A DNA stretch of 64,000 nt, from contig NC_043009.1 in assembly GCF_006345805.1 (NCBI RefSeq), forward strand, positions 38,936,001-39,000,000. Direction: 5' to 3'. Below, one piece after another: positions 1-13,272 of the stretch. Under the pieces are notes generated by a model. The model was given only the letters and a program-made list of their open reading frames with translations, was not told the origin of the DNA and searched no databases. The position numbers were made by a program, and so were the translations under genes. The stretch is from Octopus sinensis (lineage: Eukaryota). Position 1 is the first letter of the stretch. Each line of letters begins with the position of its first letter.

Positions 1-450
1 TATATATATATACACATATGTCTGAGTATATATATATATACTCAGACATATGTATATGTATATATATATATACACACACACATGCATTTCCATACACACA
101 CATACATATATAGATACATATGTACTTACAGACATACATAAATACGGACATGGAGGCACCACATATACATACAGATTTGCATATATATATAATATAGGTT
201 ATAAGTGGAAACGAACTATGGGACAATTCAGAAGTTATAAATAATAAATTTCTAAATGTTTTCACGACTAAATTTCGAAGAATTCTACGTTGATCGAACC
301 GAGCTAAATATGTTTAATGAGTGGGGAGATCATATCTTTCAAGAGGACACGAATGAAGTCGAAATGTTTCTAGCAAAAACAAATGATTGATTGACTGACC
401 GAATAGTTAATCAGATGATCGATTAATTATTTACTTATTAGTTATTTACC

Positions 451-510
451 ACCACCGCTTGACAACCGATATTGGTGTATTCACGTGCTCCTAACCTGGC
501 GGTTCGGTAA
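451..510 (+). mobile_element. Internal fragment of SINE family B
   Basis: gcttgacaaccgatattggtg...gcggttcgg matches the internal segment of the full copy at 43921-44315. Confidence 0.6.
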
Positions 511-1263
511 GTGTATATATATATATATAGTATAGAAATGTATATATACGTACATATATATGTATATACATATGCATATTTGAGTACAGGACGTCATAGA
601 ACGTAAACAGCATGAAATACGGAATGCGAAAACGTGGAATACGAGCATTTTTGCGAACGACGAAAGAAACATATGGAAAACAATACAAGTAACACAAAGA
701 ACGACCCTTCATCAGTTGTCAGCTATTTTATCTAATCCGCATTTCAGGCAATTATGACAAGATGCACCTTCGTCAAAACAGTTGCTCCCGCAAAGCAAAT
801 TAAATAAAATTTGGGATTTGCGGAAGGTCAAAGTTGGTAACAAAATCAGGCAGTGAAAACAGACAGTAAGGGCTGCTAAGCCATAACGAGGTGAGGTGGC
901 GAACGCTGGAGGAAGAAGCTTTAACATGTGACAGACAAGAAAGCGTTTTATCTCTGTAGCTGATCGAAAGTAAAGAAAGAATCTCAAGTTAGGAAACGAA
1001 AGATAGCCAATGGTCTCTTGTGAGCAACGAGAGAGTAAAGGATGACGAGTGAAGAAGAGAGAGGGACAAACAGAGAACGGTGAAGGGGAGAGGAAAAGAA
1101 TTAGAAAAAGGATGAGAGAAAAAAACGAAAGGGAGAGAAGGGGAGATAAAAAGAATTAGAGAGAGGAAACGAAAGGGAAGAAGGAAAGAGAAATAGAATA
1201 AGAGTAGCATCAAAATTATTGAGATAAAACTTACTTGTAAATGGATGCGTGGCCTTCAGTTAT

Positions 1264-1264
<1 letters not shown>

Positions 1265-1296
<32 letters not shown>

Positions 1297-1350
1297 TGTA
1301 TATATATATATATATATTATATATATATATATACATATATTCGTACCTGA

Positions 1351-1383
<33 letters not shown>

Positions 1384-1530
1384 ATATATACACATATATA
1401 CGTAGATGAATATATATATATACATATATACGTACATAAATATATATATATATATATATATATACATACACATACACGGACATATTCTCACTCATATATA
1501 ATACGCATATATATATATGTGTATGTATAC
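1265..1530. repeat. (AAT)n/(TA)n compound microsatellite
   Basis: Directly visible. Confidence 0.95.
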
Positions 1531-2019
1531 ATTGTAGGCATAAACTACTTGTCAAATTTGCTCAATGTCTGGTTAACCATAGTTTGCTGGGGTGTCAGGT
1601 CACTAGTCTATCTGACTATTAGTTAATTTGTAACGTATCACCAATGTTGCACTTTGTTTCAGTCATATACATACATTAACCAATATGCAATCATTCTACA
1701 GTTTCACCTCTTCTTACAACGCCAAGATTTCCCAAAGCAGATATTTAGAAAATATATATATATTTAAACAAGATTTTTCAATTGTTCGATGTGAAATTCG
1801 ATAAACTGTTATGCAAATTAAAACAGACAAGATACTGGGATAATAAAATCCTAGTATTTATAAAATACAATGCCGCTTGATATTATGGTGTTTTACAGAT
1901 TTATTCAGTGGACAATCTGTACTCATTAAAGACTTCTTTGCTGCAAATAAGGCCTACTGCATTCAGTGGCATTTTTATTATGTAACTAAATGGCTGTATG
2001 ATATGAAACTTGCTTCCTA

Positions 2020-2420
2020 ACCAGATGGTCAAGTGTTCGGTCCCACTGCGTGTCAACTTTGACTAGTGTATTCTGCTGCAACCCCTGGTCGACCAGATCT
2101 CTGTGAGTGGATTTAGCAGGCACAATCTAAAAGAAACCCGCCCTGGATATATATATCTGTATCTATATCTGTGTCTCTTTATATAAATGTGTATGTGCGT
2201 GCGTGTGTATGTGTGTGTTTGTGCACATATCAGTGTATGTGTTTGTGTGTGTGGTTGTGTACATATCAATGTGTGTGTATGTGTGTGTGTGTGTTTGTGT
2301 TTACGTTTGCTCCACAATACCCTTTGACAACTGGTGATAGCTTGTTTACGTCCCCATAACTTAGCGATTCGGCAAAAAGGACCGATAGAATAAGTAACAG
2401 ATTTTTACAAGGAAAAAGAA
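2020..2420 (+). mobile_element. tRNA-derived SINE family B, degenerate copy
   Basis: ttcggtcccactgcgtg...gtgagtggattt...(TA/TG)n...ttagcgattcggcaaaaggaccgatagaataagta is collinear with 43921-44315. Confidence 0.8.
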
Positions 2421-2523
2421 ACATTCAGGAGGGTAGTGTTGCAATCTTAGTCACTTACACGCCATTGAAACTGGGTTCAGCTTTATGAGTCTTAGAGGTC
2501 ATAACAGCTGCAGCAACAGTAAG

Positions 2524-2886
2524 TACTGTACTTTCGAGCATAAAAGGCACATCTTAATTTTGGCGGGTGTGATCTGCAAGAAAAAAAAATAAACTGCAGC
2601 TAACCCCGAATAATCTAGTTGAATATCTCAAACATTTTCATGTATAGGAACCATGAAGATTTAGACTGACGCCCTTTTGGAAATCTTTTATGGTAGGCCG
2701 TGTTACAATACCGGCTTTAACACCACAAAATATCATCACTGCCATCCACCGACAAAAAAATTGCCCTTCGTTAATAAACTAACCAAATCTACCCAAAGTC
2801 TGACCTTCAGCATATGAGGCTCAGGGTTAAGTTTTGTGGGGAATGTTTTTCGGAAAAAGTGCGCTTTATATACCGGAAAATAGAGT
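2524..2886. mobile_element. Degenerate pogo/Tigger-like MITE
   Basis: Imperfect terminal inverted repeats: left tactgtactttcgagcataaaaggcac, right (reverse complement) tactctattttccggtatataaagcgcac. Confidence 0.45.
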
Positions 2887-3139
2887 AGTTCTGAATCTGG
2901 ATATTGTTACAAGAACAATGGTTCAAAGTCTTGTTACATTTTGCTTCGTACATTTATACACTGTGATCAGTTTCTCATCAATTTGTTGATAAAATTAAAA
3001 ATTGCACTGTACCATAAGATTGCACCGTACCATAAGTTACTATTGTAAGTTCACCTCATTCCTTTGTTAAAGACTGTGATGGTCATAAATGTAATAATCC
3101 TTTCTACTATTGGTACAAGATCTGAAATTTTGGGGTAGG

Positions 3140-3282
3140 GGTCTACTCGATTACATCGATGCCAGTGTTTCACTGGTACTTAATTTATCGACCCCGAAAG
3201 GATGAAAGGAAAAGTCGACCTCGGTGGAATTTGAGCTCAGAACGTAGCGACGGGCGAAATACTGCTAAGCATCTCGCCACCT
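3140..3282 (-). mobile_element. tRNA-derived SINE family A, partial
   Basis: Contains the family core actggtacttaatttatcgaccccgaaaggatgaaagg...gtcgacctcgg, shared with 21612, 21868, 54479 and 61193. Confidence 0.9.
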
Positions 3283-3445
3283 TGGTCATAAATATAATAA
3301 TATTTTGCAGATATTTTTGGAAATGATAAATTTGAGAGAATTCCCGTATGCATGTATTTTTTTTTACTTTTTGATCTAGGGAAATTTAGATTACAAATTA
3401 ACGAATAAAATCTGAAATCCAGTAACGTTGCCACGGTTTTCTGCA

Positions 3446-4263
3446 TAAGAAGGGGTACATAAAAGTCACCGGAAACGTTCTCTGTGGAACGAGCTCGTTG
3501 TAATAGAAACTTCTGCTGCTAGAAGCCACTTGATGTGATCCTAAGATATCAGTCTGCTGACCGGCATTGTCTTTTACAGTCGTACTGCCACGTGGTGTGT
3601 CTTTGTTTTGCTCGCTGGCATCCGCCGCCGTTCCGTTCGTTCGTCCTCTCACCACCGAACGTTCGGTTTCTTCCTAGCCTACATGCCGTCGTCGCTGCAG
3701 TGCGCCCACATGCCTTTGCTCACGGCGACCACGACCGTGTGGTCGTTACCGCCGCTCGTCCGACTGCGCCTTTCGCCTCTCCGCTGTTCATCAATTTTGG
3801 TGATGGCGGAAAGGAAGGGACAGCGTGCTTCTGCGAAATTCTGTTTTCTGTTGGCGAAAACAGCGGCCGAAGCAGTGGTTAAGCTTTGAGAGAGGAAATG
3901 CAAATGAAAAGAGTTGCAGCAAAGTTTGTCTCGCTTGTTCACAGATGACCGAAGTAGTCACGACTGAATGCTTATCGTGAAATGAAATAACAGTTGGAAG
4001 TTGATCCAGGCTTTTTTCGAAGGTCGTCACTGGTAACGAAAGCTGGTATTACGGAATTTGCAGATGTAAAATAGGTGAAGCAAAAAAAAAAAACGACGGC
4101 GATGTTAAGGTATCACTACGCAAGAGTTCCAGCACTGCTTCGAAAAGTGGAAAATGTGCCTGGACCGATGCATTGCTTCGAACGCAGGATACTTTGAAGG
4201 CGATAAACTAACTGAATAAAATAATATTGCAAAATTCCGGTTTCTTTTGGGTATCGCTCCGTA
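3446..4263 (+). mobile_element. Mariner transposon, internally deleted and non-autonomous
   Basis: Transposase remnants: N-terminal QRASAKFCFLLAKTAAEAVVKL (about 3808-3886), MKRVAAKFV motif (about 3905), KVVTGNESW first-catalytic-D region (about 4020) and C-terminal CLDRCIASNAGYFEGD (about 4157-4205). Degenerate TIRs of about 28 bp, each flanked by TA. Confidence 0.9.
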
Positions 4264-4435
4264 CAATAATTTTCACACCCACCCACCAGAAACCTCACCT
4301 GGTTCTCTGATACAAGCTTCCACGTTTTAAAGTGATTTAAATTAAACCCTACCTACTATTTTATATTAGTTTATGTTTCAAACAGCAGTTTAATAGTATC
4401 AAATTTGTTTTGTGAAATTATCTATTATTTTCAAG

Positions 4436-4475
4436 ATTATTTGAAACAAAGGCATTGCATTTCAATAGAAACACG
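4436..4475 (+). CDS. Candidate internal exon (phase 1 to 2) of a putative small Cys-rich protein
   Basis: tattattttcaag|...|gtaac; reads (D)YLKQRHCISIET(R); phase-compatible with 6439 and 7914. The donor is only moderate. Confidence 0.2.
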
Positions 4476-5559
4476 GTAACAGAAGGGTTAATATTACTAG
4501 GAGAACATATTCAAGAATTTTCTTCGAATTAGTCCACTTTACCCATCTGACAATAGTTTATTAACATCAGCAAGAAACAAAGTGTGAAGACATATTCCGT
4601 GTTATTAATAACGCTCTCAGAATGAAATACGATGCTGAGATCTGACAGATACTAACATCTTCTGGCTAGACATGAGATAACAGTTACTTTAATTCCGAGA
4701 TAACTATTTTTAAACTCAAAGTTAACAGAAATATTTCAACTATAAATCATTTTAGTTAGTAAATGTTAGATTCAATTAAGACAGAAACAACTTTCCTTCT
4801 GTTCCCCGATCTCTACAGTCATAGGAACACCATCACAATGGAATCATTTAATGTTTTTCAAAGCACAAATATAGCATACAGGGATTCCACCGTTTCAGAT
4901 TCTTGCTTCATTTATCAGCACTGGGCCAGTCGAAGAATTTATCTCCTTTCAACCACTCTCTATCCTTCTCCCTCTCTCCCCACGCCCTTATCTTCAGCTA
5001 TCTTTCTCTCTCCCTTTCTGTCACTGTCTGTCTGTCTCTTCCTCTCGACTCTCTTTCACTCATCATTTCAATCCAATCTATCTCTATATCTCTTGGAGAG
5101 ATTTCCCAAACTGCTTCTCTATTTACAAGCGCTTTAATCAGTTTTCTGCACCTGCTTAGCTTCCGGCTTCTAACTCTTCTGTATAATATTTACCATACAA
5201 TAAACGAACTGCCTGACATACAAGTTTGACCTGCGTTTCTCTTCAATAGGCATCACAGCAGAGTGCTTTTGCTATCAGAGAAATCCTTGAAATTCTAATA
5301 GCAAATATAACTTGTGAAGTTAGCTTCCTTTCCGTTGTGCATCCAATGCAGCGTTAAAGAGTCTTAGATACTTCCTCTACGTTAATGCAAAATATTAATT
5401 TTATCAAATAAACAGAAAAAAACCCCAAATATTCTTATCGTCTCCGCACTGTGTATACTAAATTGAGATTAACGGTTTATGAACTACTTTTCTTTCCATT
5501 CATTCCTTTTGGGATTAGAATAAGTATAAATATGTATTCGCTTATTCAAAATAAGTATA

Positions 5560-6008
5560 TATATATATGTGTGTCTGTGTATATATATATATATATTCAA
5601 GATAAGTATATATATATACATATATGTATATGTATGTATGTATGTATGTATGTATATATGTATGTATGTGTGTATGTATGTATGGATGGATGGATGAATG
5701 AATGGATGGAGGAGTGTGTATAGATATGTATATATGTACATACGTATATACACACATATATATATAAACATACATATACATTCATATTTGTGCATATATA
5801 TATATCTATCTATATAAGTGCATATGTACGTACATTTATTATCTATGTATGTATCTATCTATCACTACACACACACACATGCACTCACGTATACATGCGA
5901 TACATGCATACATACACATGCAAACACATACGTATTTAAACATTAATGTACACATTCACATTTATAAATGCAATAGTCCTAATGAATATACTTATAGTAA
6001 TAATATAT

Positions 6009-6047
<39 letters not shown>

Positions 6048-6219
6048 ATATATATATATATCTATTAATACAGCGAAGCTTCGAAATATCTAAGTATGTA
6101 AGATGTATGTGCGTATATATGTATCTATGTATTTCTCTCTCTTTCTCACTATCAATCTCTCTCTCTGTCTTTCTCTCTCTATCTATTTATCTTGCCATAC
6201 ATACGTACATACATATATA

Positions 6220-6289
<70 letters not shown>

Positions 6290-6330
6290 CACACATATAC
6301 GTATGCATGTAGATATATTTACATATATAG
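5560..6330. repeat. Compound (TA)n/(TATG)n/(CA)n/(TC)n microsatellites
   Basis: Directly visible; explains the 248-aa YI-rich ORF. Confidence 0.95.
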
Positions 6331-6438
6331 ATGTTCCTCTAACTATATGTCATGTGGTTCACTACTGTGTGTCTATACACATGTATTTATATGTGCTTAT
6401 GTATTCATGTCAATAAGGAGACTTTCGTTTCTTAACAG

Positions 6439-6452
6439 GCGTTTTGTTGACA
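6439..6452 (+). CDS. Candidate 14-nt microexon (phase 2 to 1)
   Basis: Strong acceptor tttcgtttcttaacag and consensus donor gtaagt; reads RFVD. Confidence 0.25.
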
Positions 6453-7072
6453 GTAAGTTCTTTTCAAAGTATGTTCGATACTCAGGTTCAATGCATAGTC
6501 GTAGCTTTATTTTCGAAATCTTTATCATTGCTTTCTATGTAAGACATATACACCAATCCACCCATTACGCCAACGCCTTATATCAACAGAACTGAACGAT
6601 CGACGATATATGATTATAATATATGGATGCACAGTTACGTATTTGTATTCCTGCGTAAATAGTTATTTAAATACAGACATGTTTAGACAGTTTCATCTGC
6701 AGATTATGCTTCTTATCACACCGTAGAAATCCGTTTATTAAATGCAAAATCGTCCAAATATGACTCAGCTACAACAAATAATATATAACAAAACAAAGGC
6801 GACATTATGCGTATTATTCTTCCATAGTTTTATTTGTTCAAACTACAATGAATGTTAAAAATGGTGAAGAGCCATTCAGTACTGTTTTACATATTCTTGT
6901 ATTTATATATTTATGACTATGTATTTTGTGTATGCTTTCATTTGTCTGGCTTTATCTCAAACATACATATTAACACCCAATAACGTGTTTGCCTCTCATT
7001 TTCTGAATGCATGCGTGCAAATTTATGTATGCATGCATGTATGTATGTATCGATGTATGGAAGCATGAATGC

Positions 7073-7560
<488 letters not shown>

Positions 7561-7913
7561 GCATGTGAATATGTTTGTTTATAAATGTTGTACAAGTACG
7601 TGATATTCGCGATAGCATGCGATAGTATGTGTATTTCGTTTCCTTTCACTTAAAAATAAAGCAAAACGAAACAAAAAGCAAAACAAATATAATGACAAAC
7701 CACAACAACAACAACAACGACAACGACAACAACAACAAAATGAAAACGTGCCATTAATATCTTAGCAAACATTCATTCATGAATAATAAAAAGTAGCAAA
7801 GGAAAATGCGTAATGTCAACTCAGTATGTTGGACAATGGAGGTGTGATTTATTGTTGACATAAGGCAGTAAAAGAGGTCAGGACCATATCAACTTCGTAC
7901 CTCAATCTTACAG

Positions 7914-8053
7914 GGTTTAAAACTTGTGTGAGCTTGTGTACACAAACCCGATCAGAATCAATTATAAGGAAGATATTCTGTAAACATCTATTCACTACTG
8001 CATGTTTAAAGCTATGTTCAACGTCAGAGCCTTATGACAACACAACTGATTGA
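7914..8053 (+). CDS. Candidate terminal exon encoding a Cys-rich peptide
   Basis: ctcaatcttacag acceptor; phase-1 frame FKTCVSLCTQTRSESIIRKIFCKHLFTTACLKLCSTSEPYDNTTD followed by TGA TGA. No clear AATAAA nearby. Confidence 0.3.
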
Positions 8054-8327
8054 TGATTTTCTCTAATAATTTTTGCTGTTTCTGTTCTGTGTTCTCAATG
8101 GTTCTAGCTTGTCATCTATGAAGATAAACTTATAGAAGTTACACATAGTAACATCTAGACCTGACGTAATAATATGAAGATCAAATATAATAGTCATCAT
8201 AGTTACTATCGAATAATTATTCTGCTTATGCATTGAATTATTACCTGAAACAAAAGATCGAAGAATTCAGATGTTGTCTTCTTAGTCAAACTTATATCAG
8301 GCGATAAGGAAATCGACACACACTCAC

Positions 8328-8378
<51 letters not shown>

Positions 8379-8414
8379 CAGACCCACCCCCACACAGAAA
8401 TATATATATATATG

Positions 8415-9210
8415 TCTACCACTTTGCGAGCCTTATGAAACAAAGAAACATGTACAGAACTTCATGCACGCATGCAATTCTCTGGAAGTGATAGGATTGG
8501 GGTATACCCGGGAGCTACAAAGAAGTTAGGTAACAATAAATGTAATGAAACCAGTGGTGACTACCCTACATACAGAGGTAAAACTGGAATAGGATACAGA
8601 GAGTTTACGATAAAGCAAACGGGGTGGCACATGGTACAAAGGCGACAAATATCAAGGAGTGATGTTTGTGGAGGCCACAGTCCATAGAGGACCAGCCCGA
8701 AGATTTAGGAAAGTTCTAAAGAAGACCTAACTCAACATTAAAATCATTTAGCTCCAACAAATTACGGTTATAGAAATAATACATTCCTAAATCTCTCAGC
8801 GATATATGCAGTAGCACAGGAAATGTGTCAAGTCCAACAGGAAACGGTGCTTTCTAGGGCTGAATAACAGTAGCATTCTTCCCTTTCATAGGACTGTCAC
8901 ATTAAGCTGACAACATACTATCAGATTACGGTTATGTTAGACTACCTCTTTCAGAATACTACATACACCAATGAAAACTGCATGGTATATATGATTAACC
9001 CTGGCATTAACTGTAGAAATAGAAATGTAGTCTACAGTATAAGATGCATAGAGGGTGCTTGTCAAGACAATAATCTAACATACATTGGTAAGATATCTAG
9101 AAACATTGCGGAGAGGCTAAATGAATATTTTAGACACTATGACGAAATAAAACAGCCCCCCCCATACTCTACCAAAAGGCCAAAGACCAACACTGAGGCA
9201 CACTGAGTCA
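8415..9210 (+). mobile_element. Penelope-like element fragment (RT C-terminus plus GIY-YIG endonuclease), decayed
   Basis: NCRNRNVVYSIRCIEGACQDNNLTYIGKISRNIAERLNE has the VY..C...C...YIG.T/S...RL.E pattern of PLE GIY-YIG domains. Upstream frames are broken by stops. Confidence 0.8.
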
Positions 9211-9214
9211 ACTT

Positions 9215-9630
9215 GACATCTGCAATTTATTCAAGCAGCCGAAGGACCCAACACCCAGACAAATACAGGAGTATGTTCTCATAAAGGAAACATCTCTTTA
9301 CTATCACAACATTTACTATCACAACATTTTGGGTATTTTTGTCTCTCTTGTTTATCAGGTATTTAGTAGTTACCTCCTGTTCTTGAATAGCGAAGGCATA
9401 TTCTTCTAGGTGGAATGTAAAATAGATACCAAAGATCCAGGTGACGTTACTCTTCTTGTCAATGTCTTTGTTATCCTCTATTTTGCGGGATATGTACCCA
9501 TACATTCTAAGACTCTTTAAGGCTTGGCAGCTTTTCTCCAACTCTGAAGACATTGCAGATCTCACTTTTGATTATGCATGGTGTGTATGCATTTCTTTCT
9601 TTACTGTTCAGAAGGTGTTATCTGAGTGAT
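9215..9630 (-). mobile_element. R4/Dong-clade non-LTR retrotransposon fragment
   Basis: YGYISRKIEDNKDIDKKSNVTW...EEYAFAIQEQEVTTKYLINKRD resembles the conserved A.Q(E/D)QAL.T region that precedes the zinc knuckle. Confidence 0.7.
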
Positions 9631-9649
9631 ACAATGCGACATCGAATGC

Positions 9650-9990
9650 TGTTTGGACCGACCTTATGCCTCTACCACCATCACTTCGTCCCATTTATAA
9701 TGGTTGTGTCTTGATCCGAGAAAGACTGCTCTGCAAATTCTTGCTGAATAACCTGTACTGATGAATTGTTTATATTGATCAAATGTTTGGATTGCTCACT
9801 TTCACTGCATCAAATGGGCATTGCCTGTATAAGTGAACATTGCGTCACACGTTCCATGTCAAGGTGGTCCCCGAACAGCGTGCAGACGAGTGTTTTGCCG
9901 AAAAGCACAACGCACCGTCCAATCCGGGAGTCGACCTCATGATATCTTGATCGTGAGAACAACACCTTAACAACAAGTCCACGCGTCCTT
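9650..9990 (-). mobile_element. tRNA-derived SINE related to family D
   Basis: Reverse complement begins aaggacgcgtggacttgttgttaaggtgttgttctcacgatcaag...tcgactcccggattggacgg, similar to the heads at 27018 and 28250. Confidence 0.65.
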
Positions 9991-10036
9991 ATATATAAGC
10001 CTATAATAGCAACAGGTAATTCGGGGGAATGTCCTC

Positions 10037-10044
10037 TATAAAAG
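10037..10044 (+). promoter_or_regulatory. Possible TATA box
   Basis: TATAAAAG 50 nt upstream of an ATG exon that ends in gtaagg; not decisive in AT-rich DNA. Confidence 0.2.
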
Positions 10045-10276
10045 CTTCGGGTCGAGCTAATGCATTAGCATGTATGAAATGTGAAATTTAACGATGAAAA
10101 CTGTATTGAAGCGCGGTAAGGAGATCCTTCCTGTTCACGGATGTTAGATAATAAAACTTCTGTCACTGTAATGCTATAGTTTCCTCCTTAACAGACGCAA
10201 GAAGTGTTGGATGTTCCTGCAAACATTCGTGCTATGTGTTCGATATAAGTATAACTTCATTCTTTTCTTTTACCAG

Positions 10277-10331
10277 ATCTAGATGCCTGTACAAAGTGTC
10301 ATGGCCGTTGTTATTCATCTTCTGAATCTGA
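10277..10331 (+). CDS. Candidate 55-nt Cys-rich exon (phase 1 to 2)
   Basis: Very strong acceptor cattcttttcttttaccag and donor gtaagt; only one frame is open: (D/N)LDACTKCHGRCYSSSES. Confidence 0.35.
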
Positions 10332-10904
10332 GTAAGTCATTAAAATAAATATAAAGATTTGAAACCGAAGTTTCTTATACACAGTTGAAAAGATTCTAAC
10401 TGAATCGAGACATCGACACAATCTTATGCAAGAAAAACAATTTTATAATTCTCAGTTGTTATTATGTTATATCACTTTTAATATTTTTTATTACCATATT
10501 TTCAGTTTTCTTATTTTGCACGTGTAATACATTGTGATAACATTTTATTTGATTATTTTTCAATGTCGTTTCGCTTCCATACATCGCTTTTTTCCATGTT
10601 ATTTATCTAATTAATACACGCTCGGAAAGAGTAATATGTAAATATTCGCTATATATGATGATTTTTTCCCCGTTAAAGCACGTTTTTATGGCGCAGTTTT
10701 GATTGATATATACCCTCATATATTTAACGGATCTTTTTGTAATCAGAAATTTGTGTAATCATATAGAAAAGATGTGAAGTGAGACTAAACTATTTTTTTT
10801 ATAACCTCTATAATTTGTTCGATTTATTTATGACCTTGAGCAAAGCTGGTTAGTTGCTTCTAATTATATAGTTAAAGAAATTGAAAGATTATACTGTATA
10901 CCTA

Positions 10905-11137
10905 ATACATATACATACATATGTACACACATGCGTACATATATATTTATGAAGAAACTTAAAAAATAATAGAGATACTTATATATATATATATGTGTGC
11001 CTGCGTGTATGTTTGTGTGAATATATATTTATATATATATATATATATACATACATATATACATATATACATATATATATATACATATATGTATATATAT
11101 ATATATACAAATATATATACATATATATATATACAAT

Positions 11138-11173
<36 letters not shown>

Positions 11174-11350
11174 ATATATGTACATATATATATATTTGTG
11201 CTATTAAGTTAGACATGGCCTGGATCAATCTTTGGTCGAAACATTTGTAAGTTTCATACATATATGTATGTATATGTATAGTCTCATGCATAAACAACAT
11301 AAATGCATTCATACACACATATACACATATATCATACACCTATATTTGTA
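10905..11350. repeat. (TA)n/(TACA)n microsatellite
   Basis: Directly visible. Confidence 0.95.
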
Positions 11351-11719
11351 TGAGTATACGTTCATGTATATATACATGTAGTTTATGGGTAGATATGAAA
11401 ATAGGTAGAAGCGACTCCGCGCTGAAAAAAAGAACAGACGATAGCTGCATTCTTCTCGAAGAAATGGACAAAAAGGCCAGCAGAGCCAATTTTTTCGAGA
11501 AGGATCTCTTAGAAGATTTTCGGAGAAGCAAAGGCCCCGTTTTTGACAACTTTGTTCGAAATAAAAAACAGCAATTTCGAAAACGTAAACAATGAGAGTC
11601 CTTTCGTGAGCGAAGCAACGGACGAGTTGAGTACAAGTAACCACAACAGAAACAACGACATCATTAGCACCACAACCACCGAAAACAACTATATAACGGC
11701 AATAACAAAGCAGCAACAA

Positions 11720-11890
11720 CAACGATTCCACAGGTCTGTAAATAGGTTCGGCAGATGGTGAGAAGGAGATCAACAATGGGGCTTTGCATTCCTGTGCGAT
11801 CAGGAGATAAAAGAAGCGTCACACCCTTGCGGTCAGCAGAGGTCAAATGTTTTTAATACTACTAGCGATCAATGAGAGCGCTGACCTTGA
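11720..11890 (+). repeat. Interspersed element of about 150 bp ending in a stem-loop (second copy at 55290-55430)
   Basis: Shared ggtctgtaaata...gcattcctgtgcgat...ggtcagcagaggtcaaatg...gatcaatgagag(c/t)gctgac; both copies are followed by trinucleotide repeats. Confidence 0.7.
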
Positions 11891-11935
11891 CCTCGGATCC
11901 AGTTCACCTTGTTCTGTTTTCAGTTACTTACAGAA

Positions 11936-12092
11936 AATAATAATGATGATAATAATAATAATAATAATAATGATGATAATAATAATAATGATAATAATAA
12001 TAATAATAATAATAATAGTGGCAGCAGTAGTAGTAGTAGTAGTAATAGTAGTAGTAGTAGTAGTAGCAGTAGTAGTAGTAGTAGTAGTAGTA

Positions 12093-12138
<46 letters not shown>

Positions 12139-12165
12139 TGATAATAATAATAAAAATAATAATAA
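11936..12165. repeat. (AAT)n-(AGT)n-(AAT)n microsatellite
   Basis: Directly visible. Confidence 0.95.
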
Positions 12166-12721
12166 ATGCCTTGATGCAGTATCAGGCAGTGGCTCCCGTG
12201 GCTTCTGATCTTAACTGATTGGAAGTGTTGTCATGTGGATTGTTTTATCTTGGTATAAAAGATGGGCTACAGCAAATATTCTGCTCAATACCACAGATTT
12301 TCTTGTCAGTTGTTTGACCGTAACCAGTTGAGCATGTTCCTTAGTGGCTGACGATATGTGCATCTCTGATCACAAGCAGAAGTAGTGGGGGAGCATCATA
12401 GCCATGTGTTGAGAGGGTTTCTTTGGGGTTTGAATAATACGCCTCTGGAAACATGGGTGTTTTATTCAACTTCCTTAAACAACCCTTTTTCAGGGACCTT
12501 TTGAGTGGGATGGGTTACTCGACAAGAAGAAAATTCTAACTGGGCCCCACCTGCAAGGTCATGTGCTGTTTATCTTGATATGAGATCACCATGTCGCGCA
12601 CATATGTTTGTGATGCATGTGTCTGGTGCACCCTTATCAGACGGGTGGTCATGATAGATATACTGGGCTTCGTATATTTTACCCCAGTGTGATTTTGATG
12701 GCATGCACTGCTCTCACACTC

Positions 12722-12750
12722 AATGACAACAACAACAACAACAACAACAA

Positions 12751-12829
<79 letters not shown>

Positions 12830-12856
12830 TAATAATAATAACAATAATAATAATAA
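12722..12856. repeat. (AAC)n(AAT)n microsatellite
   Basis: Directly visible. Confidence 0.95.
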
Positions 12857-13204
12857 AGAATTTGAAAATAGAAAGAATTTGACAAGATTAATAAATATAA
12901 AGATAGGAATATAAATATAAAGATATAAATATAAAGATAGGAAATGCAAAAAAGCGTATTAACTGGAACGGCTCATGTACTGAGAAAAGCATTATCGCTG
13001 TGAAAACAACATCCATCCATGAATTTATTTATTTATTAATTTTTAAATACATATTTTACCTGTGAATTTGGGTGTGCAATCTGGGAATGCATTCAATGAG
13101 CTTCTCTGCCCTAGGTGTACGGAAAACACTCGGCGAGAAACAAGAAAATTTGAAGAAAGAAAGAAAAAATAATAATAATGATAATAATGATGATAATAAT
13201 AATA

Positions 13205-13269
<65 letters not shown>

Positions 13270-13272
<3 letters not shown>

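Noticed and set aside
12166-12720. GC-richer block between microsatellites, probably interspersed repeats
   Set aside because: No second copy or diagnostic motif within this window to support a call.
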